DNA from: an uncultured Methanosarcinales archaeon
Lineage (GTDB): Archaea; Nanobdellota; Nanobdellia; Woesearchaeales; CAZKBD01
DNA length: 36,784 nucleotides
Reading direction: 5' to 3'
Assembly: GCA_964550945.1 (NCBI GenBank)
Contig: CAZKBD010000008.1
Coordinates: 1 to 36,784, forward strand
Shown here: one piece after another, positions 1 through 9,608 of the stretch
Layout: the number at the start of each line of letters is the position of its first letter
How positions within the stretch are numbered: the stretch's first letter is position 1
Program-made: the position numbers and the translations under genes
Notes under the pieces: model-generated
Seen by the model: the letters and a program-made list of their open reading frames with translations, nothing else
The model's database searches: none
What the model was told of the DNA's origin: nothing

Positions 1-1039
1 AAATAAATTCTGATTCCTTAGTTGCCTTGTCCTTATTTAGTTCATCTGTCTGCTTTGCTAGGACATTCTTGAAATGAATGATAATCTCTTCAAATTGTTC
101 TTCAAATCCTATGTTAGGAATTGCATCATCAAGATTAATTTTCTCCCAAATCTTTAGATAGTGCTTTTCTTCTTTTGGCAAAACAATGTTCAATAGGGTG
201 GTTATTGTGTTGAAAGATTCTTGCATTTGATTGATGATGCCTTGTGCAGTCGCTACATTTTGACTATACTCTTTGTTATCGGTTCGTACCTTTCTTTCTG
301 CTTTGGTTGATTTCTTATCCAGTTCTTCCAATTTTTCTTGAACGTGTTTGCATCTCTCCCTGTATTGATGATAGAACATATGGTAGGTATATGCTTGCAA
401 AGATTTCAATTTTTCTCCGAGACCTTTGATTGTCTGGGTAGTTAAGTCAGATTCTTTCTTGGTTTCTTCAAGCTGGTTGGTTAGATCAGTTATTCTAACC
501 GGGTCTCTCCTACTTCTTATTTCAGTGATTGTTCTACGTACATTTTCTCTTAGTCCACCAACAAAATTCCCATACCTTGTTTGGGCACCCTTAATATCAT
601 CTATAAGTTGGTTCAGCCTTTGAGTAGGATTGTCAGGAATATCATAAATTAGGTTGTAATCCCTTTGAAAGGCCTCTTCCCGCAGTAACCTTTCCTTCTT
701 GTTGATTTCTTTTACTATAATTTCTGGTTTGTCTAAGGACGGTTTCTCACTAATCAACTGTAAGCTTCTATCTTTGCTAGTGATTTTTATGGTAAACGAT
801 AGTTTTTGATGACTTGAACTCATCAAACTTTTCAGTTTATCCTTCAATGCTGGATTCAATCTACTATTTTCAAGTCCATAAAATCCAAGCGCCATTATAT
901 TCAGTAGAGTGCTCTTTCCTGAAGAATTAGGACCTTCAATATAGGTAAGATTATCCAGTTTCTTGGGTATCTTTTCAGGTTTGAACTTCCTAATCTCATC
1001 TCCAGTATCCCTTTCTAGAAGATAATTGTACTCTATCAT
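1..1039 (-). CDS. SMC/Rad50-like ABC ATPase, N-terminal part (runs off window start)
   Basis: Absent from the ORF track. Manual translation from ATG 1039 gives MIEYNYLLERDTGDEIRKFKPEKIPKKLDNLTYIEGPNSSGKSTLLNIMALGFYG..., with an SMC/Rad50-type Walker A (GPNSSGKST) followed by charged helical sequence. GGTGA SD upstream. I read the frame as open down to about position 480. Confidence 0.8.
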   Translation of the reverse strand, partial: MIEYNYLLERDTGDEIRKFKPEKIPKKLDNLTYIEGPNSSGKSTLLNIMALGFYGLENSRLNPALKDKLKSLMSSSHQKLSFTIKITSKDRSLQLISEKPSLDKPEIIVKEINKKERLLREEAFQRDYNLIYDIPDNPTQRLNQLIDDIKGAQTRYGNFVGGLRENVRRTITEIRSRRDPVRITDLTNQLEETKKESDLTTQTIKGLGEKLKSLQAYTYHMFYHQYRERCKHVQEKLEELDKKSTKAERKVRTDNKEYSQNVATAQGIINQMQESFNTITTLLNIVLPKEEKHYLKIWEKINLDDAIPNIGFEEQFEEIIIHFKNVLAKQTDELNKDKATKESEFI

Positions 1040-1040
1040 C

Positions 1041-1184
1041 TTACTCACCTTTCCTTGAACTCACAAGGGTTTCTACGATCTCATCAGCGTCTTTGCCTTC
1101 GATAATTAGGTTCATAATCTTCTTTTCAGTTTTGTCATTAAACAGTGTTTCAAAAAAAACCTCTATCGATGATTCCTCACTCAT
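1041..1184 (-). CDS. Small acidic hypothetical protein (47 aa)
   Basis: Manual translation MSEESSIEVFFETLFNDKTEKKIMNLIIEGKDADEIVETLVSSRKGE*. GGAGG SD before the ATG; fills the gap between herA and the SMC-like gene. Confidence 0.75.
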   Translation of the reverse strand: MSEESSIEVFFETLFNDKTEKKIMNLIIEGKDADEIVETLVSSRKGE

Positions 1185-1195
1185 TTTTATCCTCC

Positions 1196-2764
1196 TCACT
1201 CCAACACTCCCGCAAAAGAGAGCGGGAATTTAATAATCTTTGCCTGTGGCAGATCATGGATTGAGACTGCAGCAAAACCAGTCTTTAAACTTTCCATTTC
1301 TTGCGCAGTTATTGATATTCCATGCGACCTCGCAGCACTTGAATCTGATTTAAAGAATATTTTTGTGTTTATGACACTCGACAATCCCTTTGAAATATCA
1401 TCCGGGTTTTGTGAGGCAAAGATTACTCCAATCTTCATACTCCTTCCTATTCTACAGATTAGGTCTAACACTCCCAATGCACTTTCCATAGCATCGGTGC
1501 TATAAAACGAATGGACTTCATCAATAATTATCAGGATAGGTGCATCAGACCTGTTCTCACTTTTCGCTGTAACAATTTTCTGAAGTAAGTCCCTAAGCAG
1601 AATTGCACCAAACTGCTTTCCATTCTTAACGGCTACATCAATTACTGATATCTTTCCAGGAACTAGGATATCTGCTTCTGTAAGAGAATCTGCTGATTCA
1701 TTGTCAAAAAATTCAGCAGCAGTATCAAAATTTCTTCTTATATTTTCAAAAGTTCCTCTTGGTAATTTAATAAAACTCTCGTCACCACGAGAATTTAAGG
1801 TTTCAAATTCAAGAGTTTCCTCTCCATTATTAAAATAATTTATAAATTCGCTGAAAGTTACACAATCTGCGTCTTTCTTCTTTTTTTGTTTGTTTAACCA
1901 AGCACGAAAAATATTTGGCAGAGTTTGAGCAGCAACATCAGATACATTCTGCAAAAGGCCACTTAAGGCGTCTGGATCTATTTCCGCAACATTAAGCGTA
2001 ATTTTTTTGGTAAAATCAAAATCAACTTTCTTTGTTGTCATTATCTCAACGTTTGCAGGATAATAAACTACAAAGTTATCGATGCCATGCGGTTCCTCGC
2101 CTAATACCTCCCATTCTTTTTTAATTTGTTTATTACTAGTATTTGAAGCTTTATTCATTTGCAGCAAATCAGATTCCTTTACATTCACTGCAAGTACAGC
2201 ACCCTCAAATTTTTCAATAAAATACTGTGCAAGACCTTTCATGGCGACTGTCTTACCACTACCAACTTTACCACAAATTAGCATCTGATGAAAAAACATT
2301 TCATCAGGCAAGTTTGTTGTGATAAATTTTCCACCCTCATCTATTAATAGCTGATTCTGACTTGCATGAACAGTTCCAAGAAAAACCTTAGGTCCATTTT
2401 TATTCCCACTCATTGCTAAATCAACTTCTTTTTGTGTTGATCTTCTTGCCTCAGACTGCGGTTCTATATAATCAATAAGGCCATCTTCACGGTTAGTTAT
2501 ATCCTTAACCCTGTACGCATAAATTATATTTTTGCACTTTTGGTCCTGTAGTAATGGACTAAGATCCATATCCACTACCATGGGGGAAGGATTATAAGGT
2601 TCTGTCTGTTCTGTGTCATCCACACGCAAAATAAATTTAGAATTGCCTTTTTCCAAAGTAAGGTAAGATCCTTTTGGTAAAATTCCACTTACATTCGCTT
2701 TTGAAACCAGTTTAATTTTTCCTTTTTCTTCACCAACTACTATCCAGTTCATTTTTTTCACCAC
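1196..2764 (-). CDS. herA: HerA/FtsK-family ATPase (DUF87 type) with N-terminal HAS-barrel-like region
   Basis: Walker A GKVGSGKT, Walker B IIIDEVH, FASQNP motif; start overlaps the end of the nurA-like gene. Confidence 0.85.
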   Translation of the reverse strand: MVKKMNWIVVGEEKGKIKLVSKANVSGILPKGSYLTLEKGNSKFILRVDDTEQTEPYNPSPMVVDMDLSPLLQDQKCKNIIYAYRVKDITNREDGLIDYIEPQSEARRSTQKEVDLAMSGNKNGPKVFLGTVHASQNQLLIDEGGKFITTNLPDEMFFHQMLICGKVGSGKTVAMKGLAQYFIEKFEGAVLAVNVKESDLLQMNKASNTSNKQIKKEWEVLGEEPHGIDNFVVYYPANVEIMTTKKVDFDFTKKITLNVAEIDPDALSGLLQNVSDVAAQTLPNIFRAWLNKQKKKKDADCVTFSEFINYFNNGEETLEFETLNSRGDESFIKLPRGTFENIRRNFDTAAEFFDNESADSLTEADILVPGKISVIDVAVKNGKQFGAILLRDLLQKIVTAKSENRSDAPILIIIDEVHSFYSTDAMESALGVLDLICRIGRSMKIGVIFASQNPDDISKGLSSVINTKIFFKSDSSAARSHGISITAQEMESLKTGFAAVSIHDLPQAKIIKFPLSFAGVLE

Positions 2765-3786
2765 GCAAACCTAGTTTGATTCATTGTAGGGACTATTCCC
2801 GCATGATACATCAATTTATTAAAATCAATCATTTTCAGGGTTTCCCTCGCATATTTCTCAGCTATCGCAATAGGCCTTATCTGAGGATTTTTTTTGTCCC
2901 CTTGCACAATCATAAGATAATATATCATATCCATAAGGTTTGGGATCACATCCTTAAATTTCTCAAAGGTTGCTACATGAAATTCGATCCTTTGAGGGCT
3001 TATATTAAATCCCTTGAAATAACAGAATATCTTTGCGTTCTTAGGATTTTTCTTGTCAGCATACAAAAAGAAATTCGTCCTTTGCCCAGGCTTCAAAAAT
3101 TTGTAGGCCCAATGTATATCAGAGTTGAACTTGCCACTCAAAGCAGGAATATTGTCTGTAACGAGGTTGCTTGAACTGTTCTTGACGAAGAACGCGGGCA
3201 ATATTTTCTTTTCAAGGAATCTATTTATCGCACCTATCATAATAGTGTATACGTCACCGCCAATTAGTGGACCATCAATAAGTAATATACATCCTTCAGG
3301 TGTATTTTCTTCCAAGAACCCTATCTTATCTCTTATGAAGTCCTTTTTTGAGTCTATATCTGGGTCGATAGAGTATTTGATGTAGGATACTTTTTGGGTT
3401 ATAGATTTGGAACGTGTATAAAAATACAAGGTTAGTAAATTTACTGGGAGAAAATCATTAGTCCCTAATAACACCAAGGAATGGGAAGTAAAATATGCAT
3501 CTCCCTCAAGACTAGAAAATCTATTTATAGACTCGTCGTAGGCAGCAATAGGTCCATGTTCTGCTGCAACACGCTGCCCATTCTTTGCATCTAAATCATA
3601 TGGTGCTAGATTTTCTACTGTAGTCACCAACTGACCGTTGGGTGGAAAAATGTAGTTCTGTAGCTCTAGAGTAACATGTGCCGAAACTGGCGGCAGCGCT
3701 ATATCCTTACTTTTAATCTCTTTGACTGTACCCTTGAAATTAGGGTGAACTAGCAACCGATTGAAATTTGAATTTTTTGTTTCCAT
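2758..3786 (-). CDS. nurA: NurA-family nuclease
   Basis: Acidic motifs AAYDES and LLIDGPL, FVKNS, C-terminal RPIAIAEKYA; adjacent to herA; GGAGG SD. Confidence 0.75.
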   Translation of the reverse strand: METKNSNFNRLLVHPNFKGTVKEIKSKDIALPPVSAHVTLELQNYIFPPNGQLVTTVENLAPYDLDAKNGQRVAAEHGPIAAYDESINRFSSLEGDAYFTSHSLVLLGTNDFLPVNLLTLYFYTRSKSITQKVSYIKYSIDPDIDSKKDFIRDKIGFLEENTPEGCILLIDGPLIGGDVYTIMIGAINRFLEKKILPAFFVKNSSSNLVTDNIPALSGKFNSDIHWAYKFLKPGQRTNFFLYADKKNPKNAKIFCYFKGFNISPQRIEFHVATFEKFKDVIPNLMDMIYYLMIVQGDKKNPQIRPIAIAEKYARETLKMIDFNKLMYHAGIVPTMNQTRFAW

Positions 3787-3818
3787 TACAATTCCTCCTT
3801 TAGGGGTATTACCCTCAT

Positions 3819-3826
3819 TATTTAAA
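3819..3826 (-). promoter_or_regulatory. TATA box of the nurA-herA operon
   Basis: TTTAAATA preceded by an A-rich BRE-like stretch, upstream of the SD and ATG at 3786. Confidence 0.5.
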
Positions 3827-3879
3827 TTTTGTTGATGTTTTCATCACTTTTTACTTCAAACTCTCATATTTATTTTTAA

Positions 3880-4275
3880 TTAACCTATATATGCTAAATT
3901 TTCTAAGTTACTATCTTTGAAGTTGTTTATTTTACTTGTACTTCTATGCCTATGGTCCACTATTTGCTCTTCTAGTACACTACACGCTATTTTTCTGAAT
4001 AACTTTTTGTTTTTATCTAAAAACTTAATATATTTAGTTGCTTTCTTAAGATTATGCACAAAAAAATATATTGTCTTTTTTATCTCCGTATAATCATTTG
4101 GATCTTTACATATTACATTTCTTAATACCCCTATCTTTTTTTTGAAGTTTTTTATGTCTTCCTTGACTTCTCTTGCCCTTACATCAGAAAGGTCTTCAAA
4201 ATATTCCCGCATATCCTTTATTTCATTTATATTTAGGTTTACCATTTTATTCATACAATCTAAATTTGGCTCCAT
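3880..4275 (-). CDS. Hypothetical basic helical protein
   Basis: 131-aa ORF rich in K/I/N; no recognisable motif. Confidence 0.5.
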   Translation of the reverse strand: MEPNLDCMNKMVNLNINEIKDMREYFEDLSDVRAREVKEDIKNFKKKIGVLRNVICKDPNDYTEIKKTIYFFVHNLKKATKYIKFLDKNKKLFRKIACSVLEEQIVDHRHRSTSKINNFKDSNLENLAYIG

Positions 4276-5075
4276 CTTCCTTAAAGGCTCTTTTCTTAGA
4301 GCTATTGAGTTTCATTTCCTTACCCTTTCATTTTTTACCCCATTTATTTTTTTAATTTTCATATTCATCTTTTCTTTTTTTATTATTTAATTCTTCTTCT
4401 TTCATGTTCCTTTTCTAACCTTTTCTTATGAAGGAAAAGTCCTTTTATCTTCCTGAAAGGTGCTTTAGGTTTTTTAAACTAAAACCTAATCACTTCTACT
4501 AAGAGAAGGATGAAATTTCATTATTCATTTTTTTCTGTTTTTCCTTTTCTTTTTTTCATCACCTTTTCAATTTTTTATATGTGTTGCTCAACCCCTTGAG
4601 GGGTTATTTGACACCATTAATTAACGAGACACATAACATCTCGTTTGATAAATGGGAATATTAACTAATATAACAATTTTTCGGTTTAAGCATTATTATT
4701 GACGACAAATTTTTCTATTTTCTTTTTATTACCTTCCTACATTAATTATTGTATGTAGCGACCTTGCGCATCGCTACGCGGTTTTTATGTACCTATTATA
4801 AAAACAAACTGCTTTTTTTGTAAGTAATTGGGGTAGTATATATTTTTTATGAATTTCGAATTCACATAATTTAAATATCAAGATTTTTATAGTCTTTTTG
4901 AAAATCGGTTTATTTCTTTTGACTTAATTTTGAAGCTCAAGGAGTTGGATAATTCAAAAACAAGCTTTAAGTTCATATAATTGTTTTAATATCTTTGTGC
5001 CCCCTTCGGCACAATTTTAGACCTAAAGCCCCCCCAGTCCTTTCTATTTTTAGAATAATCAAATAACCTTTTAAA

Positions 5076-5228
5076 TTTTATCGACGAGAATAGACCATTA
5101 ATTGTTTTATTTGTCGTCTAATATATTGTTTTATCGACGAGAATAGACCATTAATTGTTTTATTTGTCGTCTAATATATTGTTTTATCGACGAGAATAGA
5201 CCATTAATTGTTTTATTTGTCGTCTAAT
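5076..5228. repeat. Tandem repeat, 53-bp unit x ~2.9
   Basis: Unit TTTTATCGACGAGAATAGACCATTAATTGTTTTATTTGTCGTCTAATATATTG; TCGACGAG recurs at 5081, 5134 and 5187; copies identical. Confidence 0.95.
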
Positions 5229-5317
5229 CAAGTCTTTGGATTAATTTATCCAAAAAATTTCTAGAAAAAACGACCTAAAGGTCGGGGAATTAAACCCAAG
5301 TGCCAGCTACGCTGGCA

Positions 5318-7696
5318 TTAAATCCTTTCTTTATTTTTTATTATTAAGATAACCAAAAGTGTAACGAATAAAGTTATCATAAAATAAGGAATCAATTTTT
5401 TTGCTTTTGTATCTGTTGATTCATAAACCAGTTGCTCTTTTGCGCTTAACATTGTTGATTGGCCTTGCATTCCCGAATTAAATGTTGATGCTGCTGCAAT
5501 CTTTTCAGTTGATTCTGTCGCTCTTTTATTTTCCAGCGTGATCTCTTTGGTTATTTCCTTTTCTGTTTTTTGGTCTTCTCTTTTTATCCTTACTTTTAGT
5601 TTATATTGGCCTGGCTCTGCATTCTTAACAAGATTTGATAAGCTAAATTCCTTTGTTTCTCCTGATTTTACCAGAACTTTCTTTTTATTGGCTTCTTTGG
5701 AAATGCTGTAAAATTTTGAGCCGCGATAGACATAGCTGTACAAATCTACAACATGGTCTATGCCATCATTATTAGTTAACTCAACCATTATCTGAAACTC
5801 CTCGCCAATCTCTGCTGATTCAGGATATTCTATAAGGTTGTATTCCAATACTCCCTTTGTAGGCGGTTTTTCCACATATATTTTATCGCAATTATCCATA
5901 TTTATTCCATTGACCTCAATTTTAAATTCATCAGCAATTTCAGATTCAGAAGTCCACCCCAATTTCACATAATAACGGCCATTGTCAAATTTCTCATTGC
6001 AGTTAGGGTATATTTGCAGAGGTAAAGTTAGCGAATAATTAGTGAACTTATCTTCCAGTGATGCTTGGGTTATTTTTGTTATACGGTCTTTGCTGTCCTC
6101 TATATACATTTTAATGCTTTTTTTGTTGGTATCCCCCTTGTAAACATGGAATTTAACTTTGACTATATCTCCAAATTTGGCTTCATCATCTGAACCGAGA
6201 TCTTCTATCTTTTCTATACTAAACCAGGATTCCATCTCTGGCTCATCTTCAAAGTTCGCTTTGTTTGGAGTAGGCAGCCTATATTGCCAATATTCCTCAA
6301 CTAAAGACCATGACAAGCCCTCTTTGGATTCAGCATAGCTCAATTTATCAATAAGATTTCCTTCAGGATCGTATAATCTTATTTCTTCAAAGCCTTCATT
6401 ATTCAAAAATCCTGAAATGCCATTTGTATATGCTGCTAGGTAGCCTTCGGCTTTTATTATTGTGCTGTTTAATGTGGAAGTATCTGCAATAAACAAGCTG
6501 TGGTTAAAACTGTCTTTCAGATAATATCCTGCTATATCAGCACTGTTATTGCCTTTGTTATGCAACTCAATGAATTCTCCATCTGGCATTGGAGCTATAT
6601 CATCTCCTATAGGATTAGGCAGAAATTCATTAATAGATAAGAGGTTATAGTCCTGGCTTCTATTGCTGTTCGGCTTTCCAGGAGTACCCCCTAAATAAAA
6701 GCTGCAAAAAAAGTTTCCGTTAAAATATTCAAGAGAGTAACCGCTTTCGCAATCATCTTTATAAGACATGTTGTCTAATAATGTGCCGTTCTTGTAATAG
6801 AGGTACAAAGAATCCTCAGTATTGAGGTTGTTTCCTATTGTTGACCCTGCTGAATAGACAGATGCTTCAATGCCTGAAAGGTTAAATCCTTCTTCAGTTA
6901 TTAGATAATAATGTGAATCTTGGTGCTGCAATAATGTTAAGGAATCATTTGAACTAGAGTCTCCAATTATAAAATCAGATAGATCAATCTCATCATCTGA
7001 GTATATCTCAATAAATTCCTTATTATTGTCTGTTCCTTCAGGATCATACATTACCTCATTTATTTTGATGCTTGTATAGTCTATTGTATCATTTTGAGGA
7101 TTTGGCGGTGTATGGCCATCGGTAGTATTATCTGCTATGCCTGTTCCATTTTTTGCAGTATGATTGGTTTCATACCCTGGTGTGCCTCCGATAATAGGGC
7201 TCTCATACCAGTTTCCATTATAAATTTCTAAAGTGTGCCCATTGCCATCAGCTCCTAAGCTGTTAGAGTAATCTACCGAGACCATAACCTCTCCCAGATC
7301 GTTTTTAAGGATTATAGTATCCTCTCCACTATTCTTCATGCTAAAATAACCGTCTGCTGCATTATATGCTCCGTCATCAGAATTCCAAGCCGAATTATTG
7401 TTTCCCCAATAAGCTTCGAAACTTTTTCCGCCATTTAAGTCTATTAACTCCCTTGCCAAAATCAAATATCCATTAGGTAAGATAATTGCATCTTCAAAAA
7501 TATGGTCATCAATTTTCCAACCGCTTAGATTAACAATATCATCTCCATCATTGTGCAGCTCAATCCATTCGCAATTGGTGTCAGGGCATTGAGAAGAATC
7601 ATCTGGATTATACATCACCTCAGTTATGATTATATCTGCTGAGGCTAATCTCACATATGCTAAAATCAAAACCATTATCAAAAATTTCCTCATCAA
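5318..7696 (-). CDS. Secreted, membrane-anchored protein with three lamin-tail domains
   Basis: N-terminal signal peptide; three units ITEVMYNP..EWIELHN, INEVMYDP..EFIEIYS, INEFLPNP..EFIELHN, each ending in TPG/TPN; beta-rich region; C-terminal TM helix with basic tail. Confidence 0.85.
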   Translation of the reverse strand: MMRKFLIMVLILAYVRLASADIIITEVMYNPDDSSQCPDTNCEWIELHNDGDDIVNLSGWKIDDHIFEDAIILPNGYLILARELIDLNGGKSFEAYWGNNNSAWNSDDGAYNAADGYFSMKNSGEDTIILKNDLGEVMVSVDYSNSLGADGNGHTLEIYNGNWYESPIIGGTPGYETNHTAKNGTGIADNTTDGHTPPNPQNDTIDYTSIKINEVMYDPEGTDNNKEFIEIYSDDEIDLSDFIIGDSSSNDSLTLLQHQDSHYYLITEEGFNLSGIEASVYSAGSTIGNNLNTEDSLYLYYKNGTLLDNMSYKDDCESGYSLEYFNGNFFCSFYLGGTPGKPNSNRSQDYNLLSINEFLPNPIGDDIAPMPDGEFIELHNKGNNSADIAGYYLKDSFNHSLFIADTSTLNSTIIKAEGYLAAYTNGISGFLNNEGFEEIRLYDPEGNLIDKLSYAESKEGLSWSLVEEYWQYRLPTPNKANFEDEPEMESWFSIEKIEDLGSDDEAKFGDIVKVKFHVYKGDTNKKSIKMYIEDSKDRITKITQASLEDKFTNYSLTLPLQIYPNCNEKFDNGRYYVKLGWTSESEIADEFKIEVNGINMDNCDKIYVEKPPTKGVLEYNLIEYPESAEIGEEFQIMVELTNNDGIDHVVDLYSYVYRGSKFYSISKEANKKKVLVKSGETKEFSLSNLVKNAEPGQYKLKVRIKREDQKTEKEITKEITLENKRATESTEKIAAASTFNSGMQGQSTMLSAKEQLVYESTDTKAKKLIPYFMITLFVTLLVILIIKNKERI

Positions 7697-7747
7697 CCCA
7701 TATTAAAAGAAATAATCTTTTAAATCTATCTCAAAATTGTATAGTAA

Positions 7748-8512
7748 CTACTCAGTGTCTATCTCTCTGACTATGGCAGATATTTCATCATTAGTTAAAG
7801 AGTTCACAAGTTCGAATCTCACTTTGGGCTTGTCAAGGCTAAAGAAAAGATTCAGCTTTTTTGATTCCCTTATCCATTCATCTTTGCCCAGCATTTTCTC
7901 TGAATAAAATCCAAGCCTTGTATCATGATCAGCATCAGCCCAGCTTCCGCTGTAGAAATATATCTTTATCCTTGGCTCTAATTTTTTATCCCCTCTGTTG
8001 ATTACTGTATAATCAAGCGTTTTTATTCTTCCCGTGGTTTTATTTTCAAAGTCTATAACCCAGTCATCAATCGAGAATGTTACATTATTAGCGGTCTCAA
8101 CAAAAGAAGATTTAATCTCTGGCAACAAGGTTTTGCAGTCTTCGCTTTTGTTTACAATTTGGCCGCTTCCCTCGCAGACATAAAAGAACTTGTTTACATC
8201 TACCTCTTTAACAACCTCTGTTGTGCAATTGAGCTCATCACATGTTGGTTTGGGAGGCGTTAAGCAAATAGGGCATTCTTGGCATGTTGTATTCTGCTTG
8301 CATTCTAAACCAATAGCAGCTCCTGTTATTGAAGGATATTTAGAATAGATTGTTCCAGCAACCACAATCCCCACAAGGATAATGATGACAAGAAGATTTA
8401 CCCTAAAGCTTTTTATTAATATATTCTTAAAAGATTTCAATAGGGTTAGAATGTCATGCCCAATACCTTTCTCCTCTGCTTTGCTCGGACCGAATAGATC
8501 GTCTGTTGCCAT
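7748..8512 (-). CDS. Single-TM hypothetical protein with Cys-rich linker
   Basis: One TM helix, SITGAAI motif, CQECPIC-containing segment, beta-rich C-terminal domain. Confidence 0.7.
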   Translation of the reverse strand: MATDDLFGPSKAEEKGIGHDILTLLKSFKNILIKSFRVNLLVIIILVGIVVAGTIYSKYPSITGAAIGLECKQNTTCQECPICLTPPKPTCDELNCTTEVVKEVDVNKFFYVCEGSGQIVNKSEDCKTLLPEIKSSFVETANNVTFSIDDWVIDFENKTTGRIKTLDYTVINRGDKKLEPRIKIYFYSGSWADADHDTRLGFYSEKMLGKDEWIRESKKLNLFFSLDKPKVRFELVNSLTNDEISAIVREIDTE

Positions 8513-8546
8513 TCAAAAATGATATACAAGCGGTTATATTTAAAGT

Positions 8547-9554
8547 TTATTGTGATGAAAACAATCCATCTATCTTATTGCCGCAGCTGCATTTTCCTTT
8601 TTTGATATTATTTTGCATCACTGAAAAACCGCTTCTTTCTATTAGCAATCTCTTGCATTTAGGGCAGTATGTGTTGTTTGCTTCATCAGCATAAACATTC
8701 CCAACATAAACATATTTTATCCCTGCTTTTAGCGCTATGCCCCTGGCCTTGAGCAGCATTTCTGTTGATGTTGGAGGTGTATTATTTAGTTTGTAAGTTG
8801 GATAGAACGCTGTAAAATGCAATGGATATGAAACACCAATATTATCTGTAATCCATTTGCACATTTTCTCAATCATTTTTGGTTTATCGTTTAAAGCAGG
8901 GATTATCAGATTGGTTATTTCAAGCCAAACCTTTTTTTTGTGCAATGTTTTTATTGTTTCTAGAATAGGATCCAGCCAAGCAGTTGTCATTTCCCTATAA
9001 ATGGCATCATCAAAGAACTTTAGGTCTATGTTGGCAGCGTCTATATACTTGCACCATTCAACTAATGGCTCTGGGTTTATAAATCCATTACTGACGATTA
9101 CATTTTTTATGCCTTTTTTCTTTGCCAGTTTTGCTGTGTCCAAAACATACTCATAGAATATTGTCGGCTCTGTGTATGTGTAAGATATGCTCTTGTAATT
9201 TCCCTTGACCGCCATATTGACTATCTGCTCTGGCATTAGCTCTCTTGATGGAAATGAGCCAGGGTTTGCTTGGGATATCTCCCAATTCTGGCAGTGCTTG
9301 CATGCCATATTGCAGCCAACAGTCGCTACGGATAAAGATCTATGCGATGGGTAAAAATGGTACAAAGGCTTTTTTTCTATCGGATCCAGATTGATAGAAC
9401 AGGGCCTAGCATACACCAGGGAGTAAAGTTTATTCTTTATGTTTTCTCTTGCTCTACAAAAACCCCTTTGTCCTTCTAGGATAATGCAGTTTCTAGGGCA
9501 GATACGGCATTGCACTTTGTCCGTTAGGTTAATATAAAACAAAGCTTCTTTCAT
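8547..9554 (-). CDS. amrS: AmmeMemoRadiSam-system radical SAM enzyme (PFL-activase-like)
   Basis: CRICPRNC N-terminus, DPIEKKPLYHF, CNMACKHC (CX3CX2C), YTYTEP, C-terminal CPKC..CSCG. Confidence 0.9.
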   Translation of the reverse strand: MKEALFYINLTDKVQCRICPRNCIILEGQRGFCRARENIKNKLYSLVYARPCSINLDPIEKKPLYHFYPSHRSLSVATVGCNMACKHCQNWEISQANPGSFPSRELMPEQIVNMAVKGNYKSISYTYTEPTIFYEYVLDTAKLAKKKGIKNVIVSNGFINPEPLVEWCKYIDAANIDLKFFDDAIYREMTTAWLDPILETIKTLHKKKVWLEITNLIIPALNDKPKMIEKMCKWITDNIGVSYPLHFTAFYPTYKLNNTPPTSTEMLLKARGIALKAGIKYVYVGNVYADEANNTYCPKCKRLLIERSGFSVMQNNIKKGKCSCGNKIDGLFSSQ

Positions 9555-9608
9555 CTATGTTAAACCTCGCAATCATAACAATCGAGTTTACTTTGCAGTT
9601 TTTAAATG

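Noticed and set aside
244..623. Two plus-strand ORFs (61 and 65 aa)
   Set aside because: They lie antisense to the SMC-like gene that the ORF track missed because it runs off the window.
5076..5228. CRISPR array
   Set aside because: The units are identical end to end with no unique spacers, and no cas genes are in the window.
4400..5317. Chromosomal replication origin
   Set aside because: No recognisable ORB consensus and no adjacent orc1/cdc6 gene.
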